DNA of 51,626 nt, counting the filler, from Sphacelaria rigidula (Eukaryota): the NCBI GenBank assembly GCA_964200075.2. It is 3 parts of 3 records of this genome, joined end to end, with 100 filler letters (N's around TTAATTAATTAA, not from the genome) between each part and the next. Parts side by side here need not be neighbours in the genome. Positions count along the whole stretch, not along the records: positions 17,247 to 34,386 come from CAXNAA020001157.1; positions 34,487 to 51,626 come from CAXNAA020001158.1; 1 more part is not named here. The stretch is one strand, 5' to 3'. Of the stretch, positions 32,513-44,474 are shown in pieces. Under the pieces are notes generated by a model. It was not told where the DNA came from and did not search any database. It saw only the letters and a program-made list of their open reading frames with translations. The translations under genes and the position numbers were made by a program. The stretch's first letter is position 1. Every line of letters starts with the position of its first letter.

Positions 32513-34020
32513 GAAGGTTCTTCATGGAGGCAAGCGGCGCGCAACTGGTTGTCGTTTTGTTGATACCGTGTCATTTGTTGTTGCCCGTGCCCTTGTTTAC
32601 GTGTGTGCCCCGCAGGACGGCGTCCTGCAGTCACTTCAAGACGAATTTGCGCCCTTCAAGGAAACTGTAGAACGTTTGCGGCACAATACCTTTGGTGCCG
32701 TCTGAAGCTGTTCTTATGTCCATATGATATATAAGTATCTTCATCTACCCCACGGAGCGGCTAGTCAAATTGTCAGTTGTGATCGTCTGTGGTTGTTTAC
32801 CGAGCGACGGGTGTTGGTGAGTGCTAGCCGTTTGTGCTTAAAAACCCATTTTACCCCCGGAACACCTGATCGGATCCAGGAGGGCGGGCCTTCGGAGGAG
32901 GGAAGCAGTTTCTGCTTTTGGTGCACAGAAAACCATGAGCAAAAAAAGGCCGTCGCTGCGCATACACTTCTCGTCTGTAATTGATCTGGTTGATTTTAGT
33001 GTAGTAATCGTCTTGGACTCCAAGATCATTTTTTACCGCAAGGCACGTTTTGCTGGCTAGTTGTTGATGTAGCAGATGACGCACATAATCAGAACCAACT
33101 TTTTACGCACGCGAAAGAGTGCAGTCCATGCACATCCCAGATTGGGCGAAGTCAGTACTACAGCGGTACAGCGCAGTAGGTGAGCACAGCACGGCTTAGC
33201 ACCGCATCGTGCAGTACACTACAGTCCAACAATGAGTACCTCTGCATGTGATCCTGTCACCGATAGACGTGACTCCCGGCATAATGTCAGGTCAGCTAGC
33301 TTCAGAAGTGAGTCAAGGCAACAACGAGCTCACTGTACCGTACAGTATATGGGTACCATCTCTGCGCAGAGGTCTTTCATCCAAATACATGCTCGCACCA
33401 CTTTGTGTGTGGTGACTGTTGCGGCTTGTGATCCCCATCAGGGTGCTGCCAGCTGTGGCTGAAGAGGGTACGCAGAAGTGGTGGGTTCTGCGGTCGCCGC
33501 TCCACTCGGGCGTTGCGTGCTCGTCGTGCCTCTCGCTTCTCACGCTGCTTGATGATGTTTTGTGTGGATTTGTATATGCTTCAGTCACGGCGTCTTTTTT
33601 TTGCCGCGTAGGGACTTTCCCGGCTTCCACCGTACTTGAAAATAAAATGATGAATCACCTCGCGTGAAATTGCAAACTTTTTTTTAATTACACTCAAATA
33701 ATTCTTCTCCCCGGGACCCCCCCCACAAAGTCTCGACGACAAATGCTTGTCATGTTGCTCTGTATCGTAAAAGCTCTTGTACAGGGCATGCGTTTCTATG
33801 CTATCACCTGAGCATCGTGCTTTTCCTGATTAACGAGGAAAAACCGCCCGTTTTCACTCGCTGGCGCTTAATCATTCCGCCCTGTGCTGCAGTAATTGAT
33901 TCACTACACCTCGTACCACCGCCCGATAATCCCCAGCTTGTGTATCAGACTTCATTTTTTGATCGCTTGTAGTTGTAGAGGCTTTCACAGGGGGTTGAAA
34001 GTGTGAGAGAAAACACACAC

Positions 34021-34210
34021 AACAATGTTTTCGTGAGATTGAGAATCCACGATACGACTGAGTGTAGGCTTGAGAGCAGGCTTTCAGCGGCCGGTTGTGC
34101 CTGCATCATTAATGGATAAAACGCTTACCTCGCACATTGGTGCAATATTCTGCCGGCAAACCCAACAATGTTTCCGTGAAATCGAGCGTTGAAAGTACGA
34201 TCGAGAGTGA
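34021..34210. repeat. Left-end remnants of the 703-1003 TIR family
   Basis: AACAATGTTTTCGTGAGATTGAGA at 34021 and a more diverged AACAATGTTTCCGTGAAATCGAG at ~34164. Confidence 0.55.
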
Positions 34211-34386
34211 GGGTTTATTCACAACAGGTCTCGCTGCGCCGGTTCCGATAATGAGACGAAAAGTTCAAATGTGTAGCATGTTGGAACATTCCTGCCACCC
34301 GTTGCCTGAATGGAATGGCAGAATAACGTTGGATAATATTGCGCGCTGGCCCACAGGCGCGAATTTGTGGAAAAATGCACCGTTCA

Positions 34387-34486
34387 NNNNNNNNNNNNNN
34401 NNNNNNNNNNNNNNNNNNNNNNNNNNNNNNTTAATTAATTAANNNNNNNNNNNNNNNNNNNNNNNNNNNNNNNNNNNNNNNNNNNN
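34387..34486. other. Artificial contig linker
   Basis: 44 N + TTAATTAATTAA + 44 N. Confidence 0.98.
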
Positions 34487-34564
34487 GAGCTGATTTGGTA
34501 AACTAGACGAGTTATGGTTGGAGATGCAAATGCGGGATATGCTGCTGGCCCAGCCCGTAACGCT

Positions 34565-34912
34565 TTCCGAATCCCACTCGATAGTTCTGTGACTTGTGGA
34601 ATACTCTCCTACCGGTCCACGATAGTTTCGTGACTGTTGTAACCCCCCTATACCCTTACCCGACAGTCCTGTATTTTCGTCACAAGGTTTACCCCTATAC
34701 CCATGTACAAATATCCGGGTGCGTGCTCAATGTTATGTGCAATCTTCTTTCATCACCCGACATGTTTTGGATTCTCTGTGAGCCTCCTATACCTACCCGA
34801 TAGGTTCTGCAACCTCCGTGCGAATTTCGTCCCGGTACTCGTTAGTTCTGTAAGATTTGTGAAGACTCTCATACCCTGCTGGACATACCCTAATCCTACG
34901 AAAAAACAGCGT
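34565..34912 (-). repeat. Diverged partial copy of the ACAGAAC/CGGGTA-repeat transposon family
   Basis: Reverse-complement motifs TACCCGACAG, AGTTCTGTAAG and CTCATACCCT match the family at 38688-40456 and 42561-42850. Confidence 0.6.
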
Positions 34913-36230
34913 TATTCTCAGGGCTATGAACAATCAGCTTTGTCCAGTACGGTCGAAACTAGCCGCGCCAGTTGCCAGTACATCGATTTTTCCCAGGTAA
35001 TCGCCCCTCCCGGCTGGTGGGGGGTGCCGCGCAGGAGCGCCGCCCGAGGCGCAAGAAAATTACGGTGTTTGACCTAGTTCCCCTGCAGAAATCGGAAATA
35101 GTTGTGAAACATGCAACCACTCACATTGGGCTGCTAAGAGGCTTGTACTGCTCGAAAATGTCTTTGAACGTGGTGAGCGATTCGAAAGTCATCAATCTGT
35201 AGTATGCAGCAGTAGAGACTTTTCATGAGGACCTTAAGATGGGAAAAAGTATGCCAAGGCTGGCAGTACATTGGGACGAAGAGCGCAATTATCACCGCGG
35301 CTCGTTGAATATGATGCTTTTGTATTTTGTGATCGCCGGTTACCGTTATTTTTTTTCGGATTAGGTACATATCTGCTACATCACGAGGTGTGGTGGGAAT
35401 GTACTACATCATACTCAGAACGCTGTTCATGCAATTGGCAATCGGGGTTTGGCGTTCGGCACTTCCGCATCAAGCGTCCCACCGTGATTAAGTCACACTT
35501 CTTCATTTCGTTTTCCTCATTCGACTGACCAACCGTCGAGCGACCCGCTGTCGTTGATAGATGAAAACTGAAGAACAACTAGGTACCAACGAAGTTCGTG
35601 GTACCTGTACTGTCGTAGACTGCAGACTTCAATCGTAGTCTAATTATATAGTGTTCTTTGGTATAAACTCCCCATAATAAAACAAATATAATAATACTCA
35701 GTAACAACAACTGGCACAACACCTTCAGATGAACTGGACAACTGGCACTCTCGTAGTCATTTCTAGATTCACTCCAGTAACAAAAAAGAATATACAGTAT
35801 GAACTGGTCCAGTCCCCAGCCCAATTGATGCATGTGTTCGGTGTACTTTCCTCAAGGATTGACACCACCCATTTTCAGCCCACGATTCAACACATATGGG
35901 GAACGGGTCGCTAGAAGGGGACCTCCCACCTTTCTGTTAACGCAATACAACACACTCCTACATGCTGTGCTTGCTTGTATAGAATACTACAGTTACCAAC
36001 AGGCCGGTGGTTTTCCCACTGTAAGTTCATCAAGGGATACCCCTCAAATTACAGCTTTCGACTCTTAGACAACGTGCAAAGGTGGTCAACCGCCCCAAAA
36101 TGCGTCAGACTGGCTCAGCTTGTAACCTGATTACCGAAAGCAACCTATTATCCAGGTTTCTTTTTTTTCCATCTACTTGATATCGTTGCTTTCAACACCC
36201 GTTCGTCACGCATTCACTCACAGTACAACT

Positions 36231-36815
36231 ATGTTTTCTTCCGTACTTTCCTCGCTCAACTTTCCGCAACCGTCCCTCCGTCTATCTCCCGATTCGTTCG
36301 ACATCGACTGGTGCTCCGTCTGCACCACCCACGTGTCTGTATCCCAGGGGACAAAGCCAGTCCCGAAGGGCGCCAGGAAACAGGTCCCCTTCCTCTGCCT
36401 TGCGTGTGGCGTGGACATCGGGGTCAGCACTCCATACCACAGCATGGCCGACCCCAACGGCGGTGAAGACAGAGTGTACGCCCACGCCGACGGCCGCACT
36501 TGCGTCAAAGCGGACGAGAACAATACATACGCCTGTTTTAGGTGTACAGTCACCCCTGCCAAAATACCCCTGTTCGACCTGTCGGCGGCGGATAATGACC
36601 CGGAATTTATACGGCGTCATGACTGTTTCTACAACACCCGTACCGAGTTCCCAACGGCACCTGTTGCAGGAGAAAGAGGCGTTTGCCTCAAGAAACGACA
36701 ACCCCACACCTCGAACAGTACCGCGGGTCACTACTTATTCCCCCTCCCCTCCCGTAGGCGATCCCGTGACACCACCAAGCAAAATCGACCCTCCACCCGA
36801 AAAGAAGAAACCTAA
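36231..36815 (+). CDS. Cys-rich ORF or exon with PHD-like ligand order, possibly a pseudogene
   Basis: ATG at 36231; CSVC..CLAC..H..C..CFRC. CAG acceptor-like site just upstream and GTAAGT donor-like site at ~36883. The C-terminal part looks frameshifted. Confidence 0.35.
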   Translation: MFSSVLSSLNFPQPSLRLSPDSFDIDWCSVCTTHVSVSQGTKPVPKGARKQVPFLCLACGVDIGVSTPYHSMADPNGGEDRVYAHADGRTCVKADENNTYACFRCTVTPAKIPLFDLSAADNDPEFIRRHDCFYNTRTEFPTAPVAGERGVCLKKRQPHTSNSTAGHYLFPLPSRRRSRDTTKQNRPSTRKEET

Positions 36816-38517
36816 TCCTACCCGATAGGGTACCCGACCGACGGCCATCAGGAGCGGAGCCAGAAACTGAACCACCGTTCACGGTAAGTACCACAACTAC
36901 ACATTCCTTTTTCCCGTTCAACCCCCTCTCCACCATGTATAGTCCCATTTTCATCCTGCCTCCTGCCACCTTCAAAGCTTGCTTTTATCGGTGGCAACCT
37001 TTTTCATTGCTTTCAACATGGCTCAGTGCAATCTCCAGCCTGCACGCTTCTTCGCGTCTCTTCGTTCCTTTACTCTGCCCCCTGCCTACCTTCTTTCTAC
37101 CGCGATGCGTTCCAAAACCAGATGCCTGCGTTCGGAACGTCATGGACTTCGTGACATCCGACATCATCCACGCCAGCTTCCGGCAGCGTCTGTGACTTCT
37201 TAGCGGCTTCGTTTCTTCTAATTTTGGGCTCCGGTTCTTCCGGCGTTGTGTCGTCTTCTGTACAGAAACGTGTTCGAATCAACTTCTTCTTCCCGGTGCC
37301 TTTTGGGGGCCAAGATGGGGGGGGATTAGGAGTGTCCTAAGTTTTAAATGACCTCAGTTTTAAACCATTTCCTGTACATTACGAGTTATCTGCTTCTAGG
37401 GCAGAAGTATTTGAGTTTCTCGAACTTGGATTAGCTCTGGGTAGTTACACCGAACTAATAACAGGGTGATCAACTCACTTGATGTTGATGTCGAGCCAAG
37501 TCACTTGATGCTGCGGTAATGAAGCCATTTCCTCATTTCCTTGAACCTGGGGTATTTTCCAATATTGCTAGGTCTATTACGGGGGGTTTTCGTTCCCTGC
37601 GACATGTCGATTCCTGCGTTTGCTGTTTCTACACGTTTATGCAGCAGTAGGTGGTTAATTATTCGTCTAGATCGCACGCCGGTAATTTGTCAGCTTGCAG
37701 TGTGTTCCTTGTAGTTCGATCGGTTTTTGCGGACTCCTTCTTTTCGTGTACCATTTTTGTGTGAAGGCATCCTCTATCAACTCTTGGTTTTATGGTTATG
37801 GGTGGGAAGCTCCTAGCACCCCTTGACCACGGGTCGGAGAGGAACAACTAGTGTGTTCAGGAATTGAGCTAATGTGACGTGAGCTTTAAAAAATAGAAAA
37901 TGACAGTACCCCGCCGGTGGGAGTTGAGATGCAATGTGCCTGTGACATGTCTTTTGCGCACGAATTACACCCGTGCCGTGCCTTTCCTCACTTTCCGTAA
38001 AAAATGAAGAATCTTCAAAGGACGAGCACGGCGCCTAAACTAGTCGCGGTGCTATCAACAATCCACTGTAATGAGCTCAAAAATCTCGAGAATGTGCCGG
38101 ATGTCCCCCTTTGCATTCTCGCACGCCATTCCTTCAATCACGCTCCCCGAAATCGCTCACCATGGGTGCGTGGGTGGGGTATTGTGGGCCGGTTTTGTCG
38201 CTGTGAACCCCTCCGGCTAGGTCCAGTTGATGTGGTTTCGTCACACGTGACCCACCTTCGCCGTACCGGCCAACCTCGTTACAACTCTGTCACTCGACCC
38301 AGATGCACTACGTGGCTCTGACCCTTGATCTGTTCATCAGTCTACTATTTTATACTAAAACATTATCAGAAATCCTGATTCGTTTTCAGTATTTTTAACG
38401 TGCGCTGTCGTTCTACCCACTCCGCCTCCTCCCTCCCATTTGCGCAAACCAGTATTCACCCCGGCAACCACCTACGGAGCATAACCCCCGAGGGACAGGA
38501 GCTTTGGGGAAATCTTC

Positions 38518-40618
38518 CAAGGGCAGGTCGAGTATGAGTAGAGTATATACTTTTGATTACTCGGGTAAAATACCCGAGTATTTGCTCCCCTCAAAAACTT
38601 GGGTAGATTGGGTAGGGCTTCAATACTCCACTCAAATGTTGGGTAGATTGAGTACGACCTCGAATACTCTACTCCAAGTAATATTTGCCCGTTCGTGTTC
38701 TGTAAGGCACGGGTACGTTCTGTAGGGTATGAGATTTCTTACAGAACTTGCAGAAGTATCGGGTACCGGTATGAAAGCCTTACAGAAATTACAGAACGTG
38801 TCGGGTACTACGGTATGGGAGGCTTACAGAAAACCGGTACCAGCAATCGAGTAACTCTAGTAGGGCAAACCCGCCCCACGGGTTAGGGTAAAATTTGAGA
38901 CTTACAGAACTCACATAAACTGTCGGGTAGGGTTTGGAGGTTGCACAGAAAACCGTAACCGCAACCGGGTATCTTATCAAGAGCATACCCGAGCCCCCCG
39001 GTAACGGTACAGGAGGCTTACAGAACTCACAGAACTATCGGGTGCGGGTATGAAGGTCTTACAGAGATTACAGGACTGTCGGGTATCTGTATGGAAATGT
39101 TACTGAGTCTACAGAACTGTCGGGTACGGTAAATACCCGGCAAAATACCCCGGGTATACAGAAAACCGTACCCTACAAAACACGACCTTGGTATTATCTA
39201 ATTTTACCACCCCTGTGGTGAGATCTACGTCACTACAACAGTGGCGGAATACAGATGGCAGCTCACGAAAACACTGACTGGCTTCATGGGGTTGATGGAG
39301 AAAGAGTGCACGAACAATTGCAGCAGAACATGTGCACGGGATCGTCAACATTTATCGCCTTCACGCACACTCCCAGAGGTAATGAAGGAGCGTTCACGAC
39401 TGCCCGCTCTCTGGAAGCCCTTCAGCACGCGACAAAATCGCCGACGGCCTTGACTTTCGGTGGCAGCTTGCTCTATCCTGTGCATGTCGATAACGGCCTG
39501 GGGTGTGATGACCACGACACTACCACCATCAACGTCGATGACGTGCGTCTTGCTACTTGATCCCCTGGTGGCGCAGATGAACCGACCCCGCTCGAGCCAC
39601 CACTCGAGTCTGAGGGTGATCCACCCTGACGGTCTGCAGTGCTGCTCATGTTTCGTGTTCCACTCGGCGGTACCTCGTATCCCGTCAGATTCCAAACTTG
39701 AGAACTTTCCGCCAACATTGAATCATTGTTGGTGTGCAGTTTTGAATGAAGGAATTGGGCGGGTTGATCGATGGGAGGTACATGTTCAGGTCTTGAGGTT
39801 GTGTTTGGATTTAACCTGTATCCGTACCTCCCCAAGGTATAATGGTCTTATGACTATGGCATGCATGATCATGAGTACACCCAAGGTATATACCTGTGCT
39901 CGTACCTGCAATCGGGTATATCTAAAACGGTATACCCTAACCGCAGGTAGGGGTACGGAAGGCTTCAAGAGCTCACATAACTGTCGGGTACCGGTACTGG
40001 ATGAAAGCCTTACAGAACTCACAGAACTAGTCAGGTACGGTGTGGGAGGCTTACGAGAAAACCGTACCGGCAATCGGGTATTCCTTCAAGAGCATACCCG
40101 CGCTCCGGGTACGGGCGAATATTCCGTACATAACTCACAGAACTGCCGGGCGAGGGTATGTGAGGCTTTCAGAACTCACATAAACTGTTGGGTAAGGTAT
40201 GCAGGTTGCACAGAAAACCGTACCCGCAATCGGGTATCTTATCAAGAGCATACCCGTGCCCCCCGGTAACGGTACGAGAGTCTTACGGAGATTACAGAAC
40301 TATCGGGTAAGGGTATGAACGTTTTACAAAGATTACAGAACTGTCGGGTACCGGTATGAAAGTCTTACAGAAGTCACAGAACTGTCGGGTACGGTAAATA
40401 CCCGGCAAAATACCCCGGGTATTACAGAAAACCGTACCCTACATAATACAACCTTGAATATTTGAGTATTGAGTATGACTCGGGTATTACCTGAATATTC
40501 TACTCAAATTTTGGGTAGATTGAGTACTATCTCATATACTCTACTCAAAGTTTGGGTACTGAAGCATGACTTTTTAATAATACCGAGTACTGAGTATACT
40601 CTACTCGACCTACCCTTG
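38518..40618. mobile_element. Outer non-autonomous TIR element (hAT/P-type) carrying a nested element
   Basis: TIR CAAGGGCAGGTCGAGTA / TACTCGACCTACCCTTG, flanks AAATCTTC / AAAGCTTT (6/8 match, decayed TSD), and GAGTA/TACTC-rich subterminal motifs. Confidence 0.75.
38688..40456. mobile_element. Inner TIR element with perfect 8-bp TSD (ACAGAAC/CGGGTA-repeat family)
   Basis: TSD AATATTTG at 38680-38687 and 40457-40464. Right end CCGTACCCTACATAATACAACCTTG and degenerate left end CCCGTTCGTGTTCTGTAAGG. An extra internal right end finishes at 39190. Confidence 0.8.
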
Positions 40619-40823
40619 AAAGCTTTATGGTGGAAGAATCATGACCGTAGGAGTATACGTTCGACTACCGAAACTCGTGAACGCCTCGTGATGCGTTTTT
40701 ACCATCCGCTCACACATCCCGCGGCTATCTGACCCCATCGAACCTCGTAACAGGTGCTTGGAAAAACAAGGTAAAAAAATACGGAGCAAAACACAAATGT
40801 CAGGTACCAAATTTTAGTCAGAT

Positions 40824-41653
40824 ATGAACGCCGTCTGTTCTCACCATGCTGTGAGAGGCGACTTGAGGGTTAACAACAGCAACGGGACAGTTGGAGAGGC
40901 GGAAGAACGCGCTGCCACAAAAAGCTCCAACCATGGTAGCTGTGTGACAAATTGCAGGTCGGGAAAAGGTATGTCGCTCCGCGATGAGGGTGATGATGGC
41001 GGGGGGGCGCGGCACAGGGAGCGCGGTGGGGTTCCCATGATGAACTGCGGCGGCGGCGATGGCGGCGGCGGCAGTCTCGAGGCGGCTACGGCCGTCGGGG
41101 AGGAGCAGCATCAGCAGCAGTACTCAGCGCAACAGCTGGAACCCCCGCCGTCGGCGGTTTCTGTTCATCCAATGTGCCGTCAACCATCGCAAGCACTATC
41201 ATCACTTCCGGCGATGACAGCTCAGCGTTACCACCACCATCTTAATGCGCACCGCCTACAACCGCTACAGTTCGCGTACCCGGTGCCACCGAGTCATGCC
41301 AGCCAACTGCACGCACCACACCAAGGAAGCGAACCTCAGCCGTACCCACAACACCTCACGGGGACGACGCACTCCTCCCTCTTTCCGCCGCCGCAACCGG
41401 CGGGCCTCCAGAAAATCATGCACGGTGTCCGTCAGCAGCAGCTCCAACAGCAGCGTGGACGAGCGCATCCGCAAGGCGGGCATGAGCACTGGGGACGGCA
41501 CGGTTGGATGTCGCACCCTCCTCGGACTTATGACGACTGGCCCCATAATGTCACGAACACACAGAGTGGTGCGACTGCTGCTTTGGTCCACGTAGGCGCT
41601 GACCCCAAGACGCAGCACGCACCACTGCGGGCGCACGCGAGCGGATTGAGCAG
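40824..41653 (+). CDS. Exon of a Q/H/P/G-rich low-complexity host protein (function unknown)
   Basis: GC-rich open frame from 40824, with a CAG at 40819-40821 that may be an acceptor. Donor CAG|GTTAGA after 41653 is phase 2 and compatible with the next exon. Confidence 0.55.
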
Positions 41654-42027
41654 GTTAGAAAGCGCAACCCACGGACAATGCCTGGCACAACGGAACGAAA
41701 AGTAGTGTGCATCGACACTGCTATGAGTAATGCGAAACCTCGCAATTCGGAATTCTCGTGCACAAATAAGAGCGACTCATCATGGGCAGGGTTGAGATCA
41801 GGACTTCTGAAAACACACGCTCATAGCCCAAACGTGATCCATGCCTGTTTTTGGCAGCGGCATTTTTCACCGTTCCTCTATTCTCGTGAAGTATGCTTGG
41901 TACTTGTCAGTCACGAAATATGAATCTTCACGATTTCAGCCGTTTGACGGTGCCGGTTGTTTTTTCTTCTCACCTAGATAGATACCCAAATATTCCGCCT
42001 TCCTTTCTTCAATGTCCTTATCTTCAG

Positions 42028-42381
42028 CGGGTTAGCGCCCTGGTCGCTCATGGCCGTGGGGGGCAGCAGCAACAGCATAGCGGCGCCGGCCGTCGAGTCC
42101 AACATGAGGTATCGACAACAAGAGCAACATCTGGCACTACCGTGGAACACATTGGAGAGCACTTCAATGCAGTATTGGGGAGTACCGAGAGGACATCCAG
42201 ATCAACCGCAGGAACAGCAGCAGCAGCAGCAGCAGCAGCATCGGGTCGGTGGCCCACCACCGTCGCTCGCTGTGTTTGCTTCACAGGGAGCGTGGTCTGG
42301 ACTGCGCACGCTCAGGGGGAAGTGCAGCGGCGGAGGCCGGAACGACAGCGCTGCTGGGCCTTTGTTTCTCGGGCCTCACGG
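42028..42381 (+). CDS. Next exon of the same gene (polyQ tract)
   Basis: Pyrimidine tract and TTCAG acceptor ending at 42027. Splicing AG|C keeps the frame into GLAPWSLMAVGG..QQQQQQQQH. Donor GG|GTAAGC after 42381, or alternatively a TAA stop at 42383-42385. Confidence 0.55.
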
Positions 42382-42560
42382 GTAAGCAAGACAGCACCGT
42401 GCGTATTTGTGCGACAGTCACGCAATTGTTTCCCTTTTTTCATGTTTCGTTCTCCGCTCCCCTACTTTCAACCCCTCCACCTTGCCGGGATTCCTCTTCC
42501 CCCGTCCCACCCTCCTCGAGACGAGCCCGTGGTGTGAAATAATGGGTTGATCCATCGTCC

Positions 42561-43160
42561 CAAGGCTCTGTTCTGTAGGGTGCAGGTATGTTCAGTAGGG
42601 TATGAGATTTCTCGCAGAACCTGTCGGGTACGGTATGGATATATACAGGAACCCTTCTCCGCCACCGGGTATATCTACAACGATGTTTCCGTACTCTGGG
42701 TGAGGGTAAACATTCCGTACAGATCTCAGAACTGTCTGGTACCGGTATGGGAGGCTTACAGAATGCTCAGAACCCGTCGCGTAAGGGTTATACCCGGGAG
42801 GAAAAAAAATAGTATACAAAACTCGTACCCGACAGAACAGCATATGCTTGAAATACTCCGGAACCGTGCTTCGATACATCATGGTGTTTACGCATAGTTG
42901 GGTTGGGGTTTGTTTTTCGTCCCTTTTCCCTTCTGCGATTCTCCTAAGAACCGTCAGAGGTGAGGAAATTTCCAAATTTCCAAATTTGTGTCCTCTGGGG
43001 TACGGGTATGTTCGGCAAGGTATGAAATTACATGCAGAACGTACAGAACTGTCTAGTACCGGCGTGACAGTCTTGCAAAACTTACGCAGAACCTGTCGGG
43101 TACGACGTGGAGGTTGCACAGAAAACCTCTCCGGCCACCGGGTACTTCTTCAAGGGTATA
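42561..43160 (+). repeat. MITE-sized copy (42561-42850) and fragment (~42995-43160) of the ACAGAAC/CGGGTA family
   Basis: Starts CAAGGCTCTGTTCTGTAGGGT and ends CGTACCCGACAGAACAGCATATGCTTG, with the same internal motifs as 38688-39190. Confidence 0.7.
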
Positions 43161-43698
43161 CTGTTGACTCATCACCGATATTTTTGTGTGAAGGCAAATT
43201 GCTCGTTCGTTCATTGTACAGACGTCACGTACGATTTCCCTGCCTCTCTTGTTCTCTTGACTCTCGATCGCAGGATTCCTTTTCTTCTCCCCGCAAACAG
43301 GGATGGGTGGGAGAGAGGTGGTGTCCATACGAAACTGGTATACCCTTGTCGTATCCTTGCCGGTTGTTCTGTTGACTTTCCCTTCGCTTCCAACTATGAC
43401 GATGCTCTCAGTAGCTGTGTTTCTGTAGATTTTCTGGTTGATTTTTCGGGTTCCCGCTCTTCTTATTCACGTGTTTCCCCCTCTGGTTGGTCTTCTGTTT
43501 TGCTCTCTGTTTTCACTTCTTATCGGTATTTATACTGCAGTGGCGTTTGCGTCTCACCCCTGTAGAATCGAAGTAGACAGTTCTTGCCCAAAAAGTGTGG
43601 TTCCCGAGTAGCTTCGATGGTATCGTTTTTTTCTTTTCTATTTTTTTCTTCTGGCATTTTCACCGAAAGCCATGTATCAGGGGTCGACCATTCCCCCC

Positions 43699-44005
43699 TT
43701 TTTTTGAACTCCTCCCCTTTTTCGGGACGAGTCCGTGGTCTGCGGGGATCAACCCATTCTCCCCGGTACACACGCGGCGCATTTTGATCTCACGAATTGG
43801 ATCATGACCGTCACCACTCCCGCACCGCATCAACTCTCGTGAAACACACTCAGCTAATTATTTTTTGTCTACTCACGTGCACGCGCTCTCGACTGTGAAG
43901 ATCAAATACTTCGAAGACTGAACTTAACCCCCCTGATAGGAATCTAATCCACGCTCTCTCCACCCTAACGGTGACAGTCGAACCACTCTAATTTACATCA
44001 CCGGG
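43699..44005 (-). mobile_element. Diverged copy of the tRNA-derived SINE-like family
   Basis: Shares GGGACGA.TCC.TGG and CACTCCCGCACCGC.TC.ACTC.CGT with 18562-18849, and has a T-tract and a decayed B box near 43940. Confidence 0.5.
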
Positions 44006-44375
44006 GAACGGAGGCATTTTTGTTTGTTTGATGTTGTGTTCTTTATCGGGGCCGGTTGTCCGTGACCTCATCCCCCTTTGCTTTCCTTTGTTCATTCATT
44101 TGCTTGCTTGCTCACGTATGTACGTACGTACGTACTTACTTACTTAGTAACTCACTAACCTACTTTAACTTGCTACTTGAGAGCTGAGCCAGCCTAGAAG
44201 CGTACTACCGCGGGCACACAATAACTTTCTCAGTTTCTCGAATCAGCGTGATGTAAGTACATGACTGTGATGTGCAGATCAACCTCCCGATACGCGCTCT
44301 GCCGCTAAAATGAAAAAACAATGTACAGCATGATATATGACCTCAACGACGGAATCAGATTTTGCGAAAAAAACA

Positions 44376-44474
44376 GTATCTGTCGGAATTCGAACTCGTA
44401 AACTCCACAACTGGAGTCTCCCGTATCACTTATCACTTGGACAACCGGGGCGCAGTGGTGTCACACAAAGAGTG
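44376..44474 (-). repeat. tRNA-like SINE head
   Basis: Minus strand GCCCCGGTTGTCCAAGTGA..GAGTTCGAATTCC; homologous to 51448-51535. Confidence 0.45.

Noticed and set aside
39460-40269. 269-aa ORF, and similar ORFs at 42592-43375
   Set aside because: They run through transposon subterminal repeats, start at non-ATG codons and show no domain signal.
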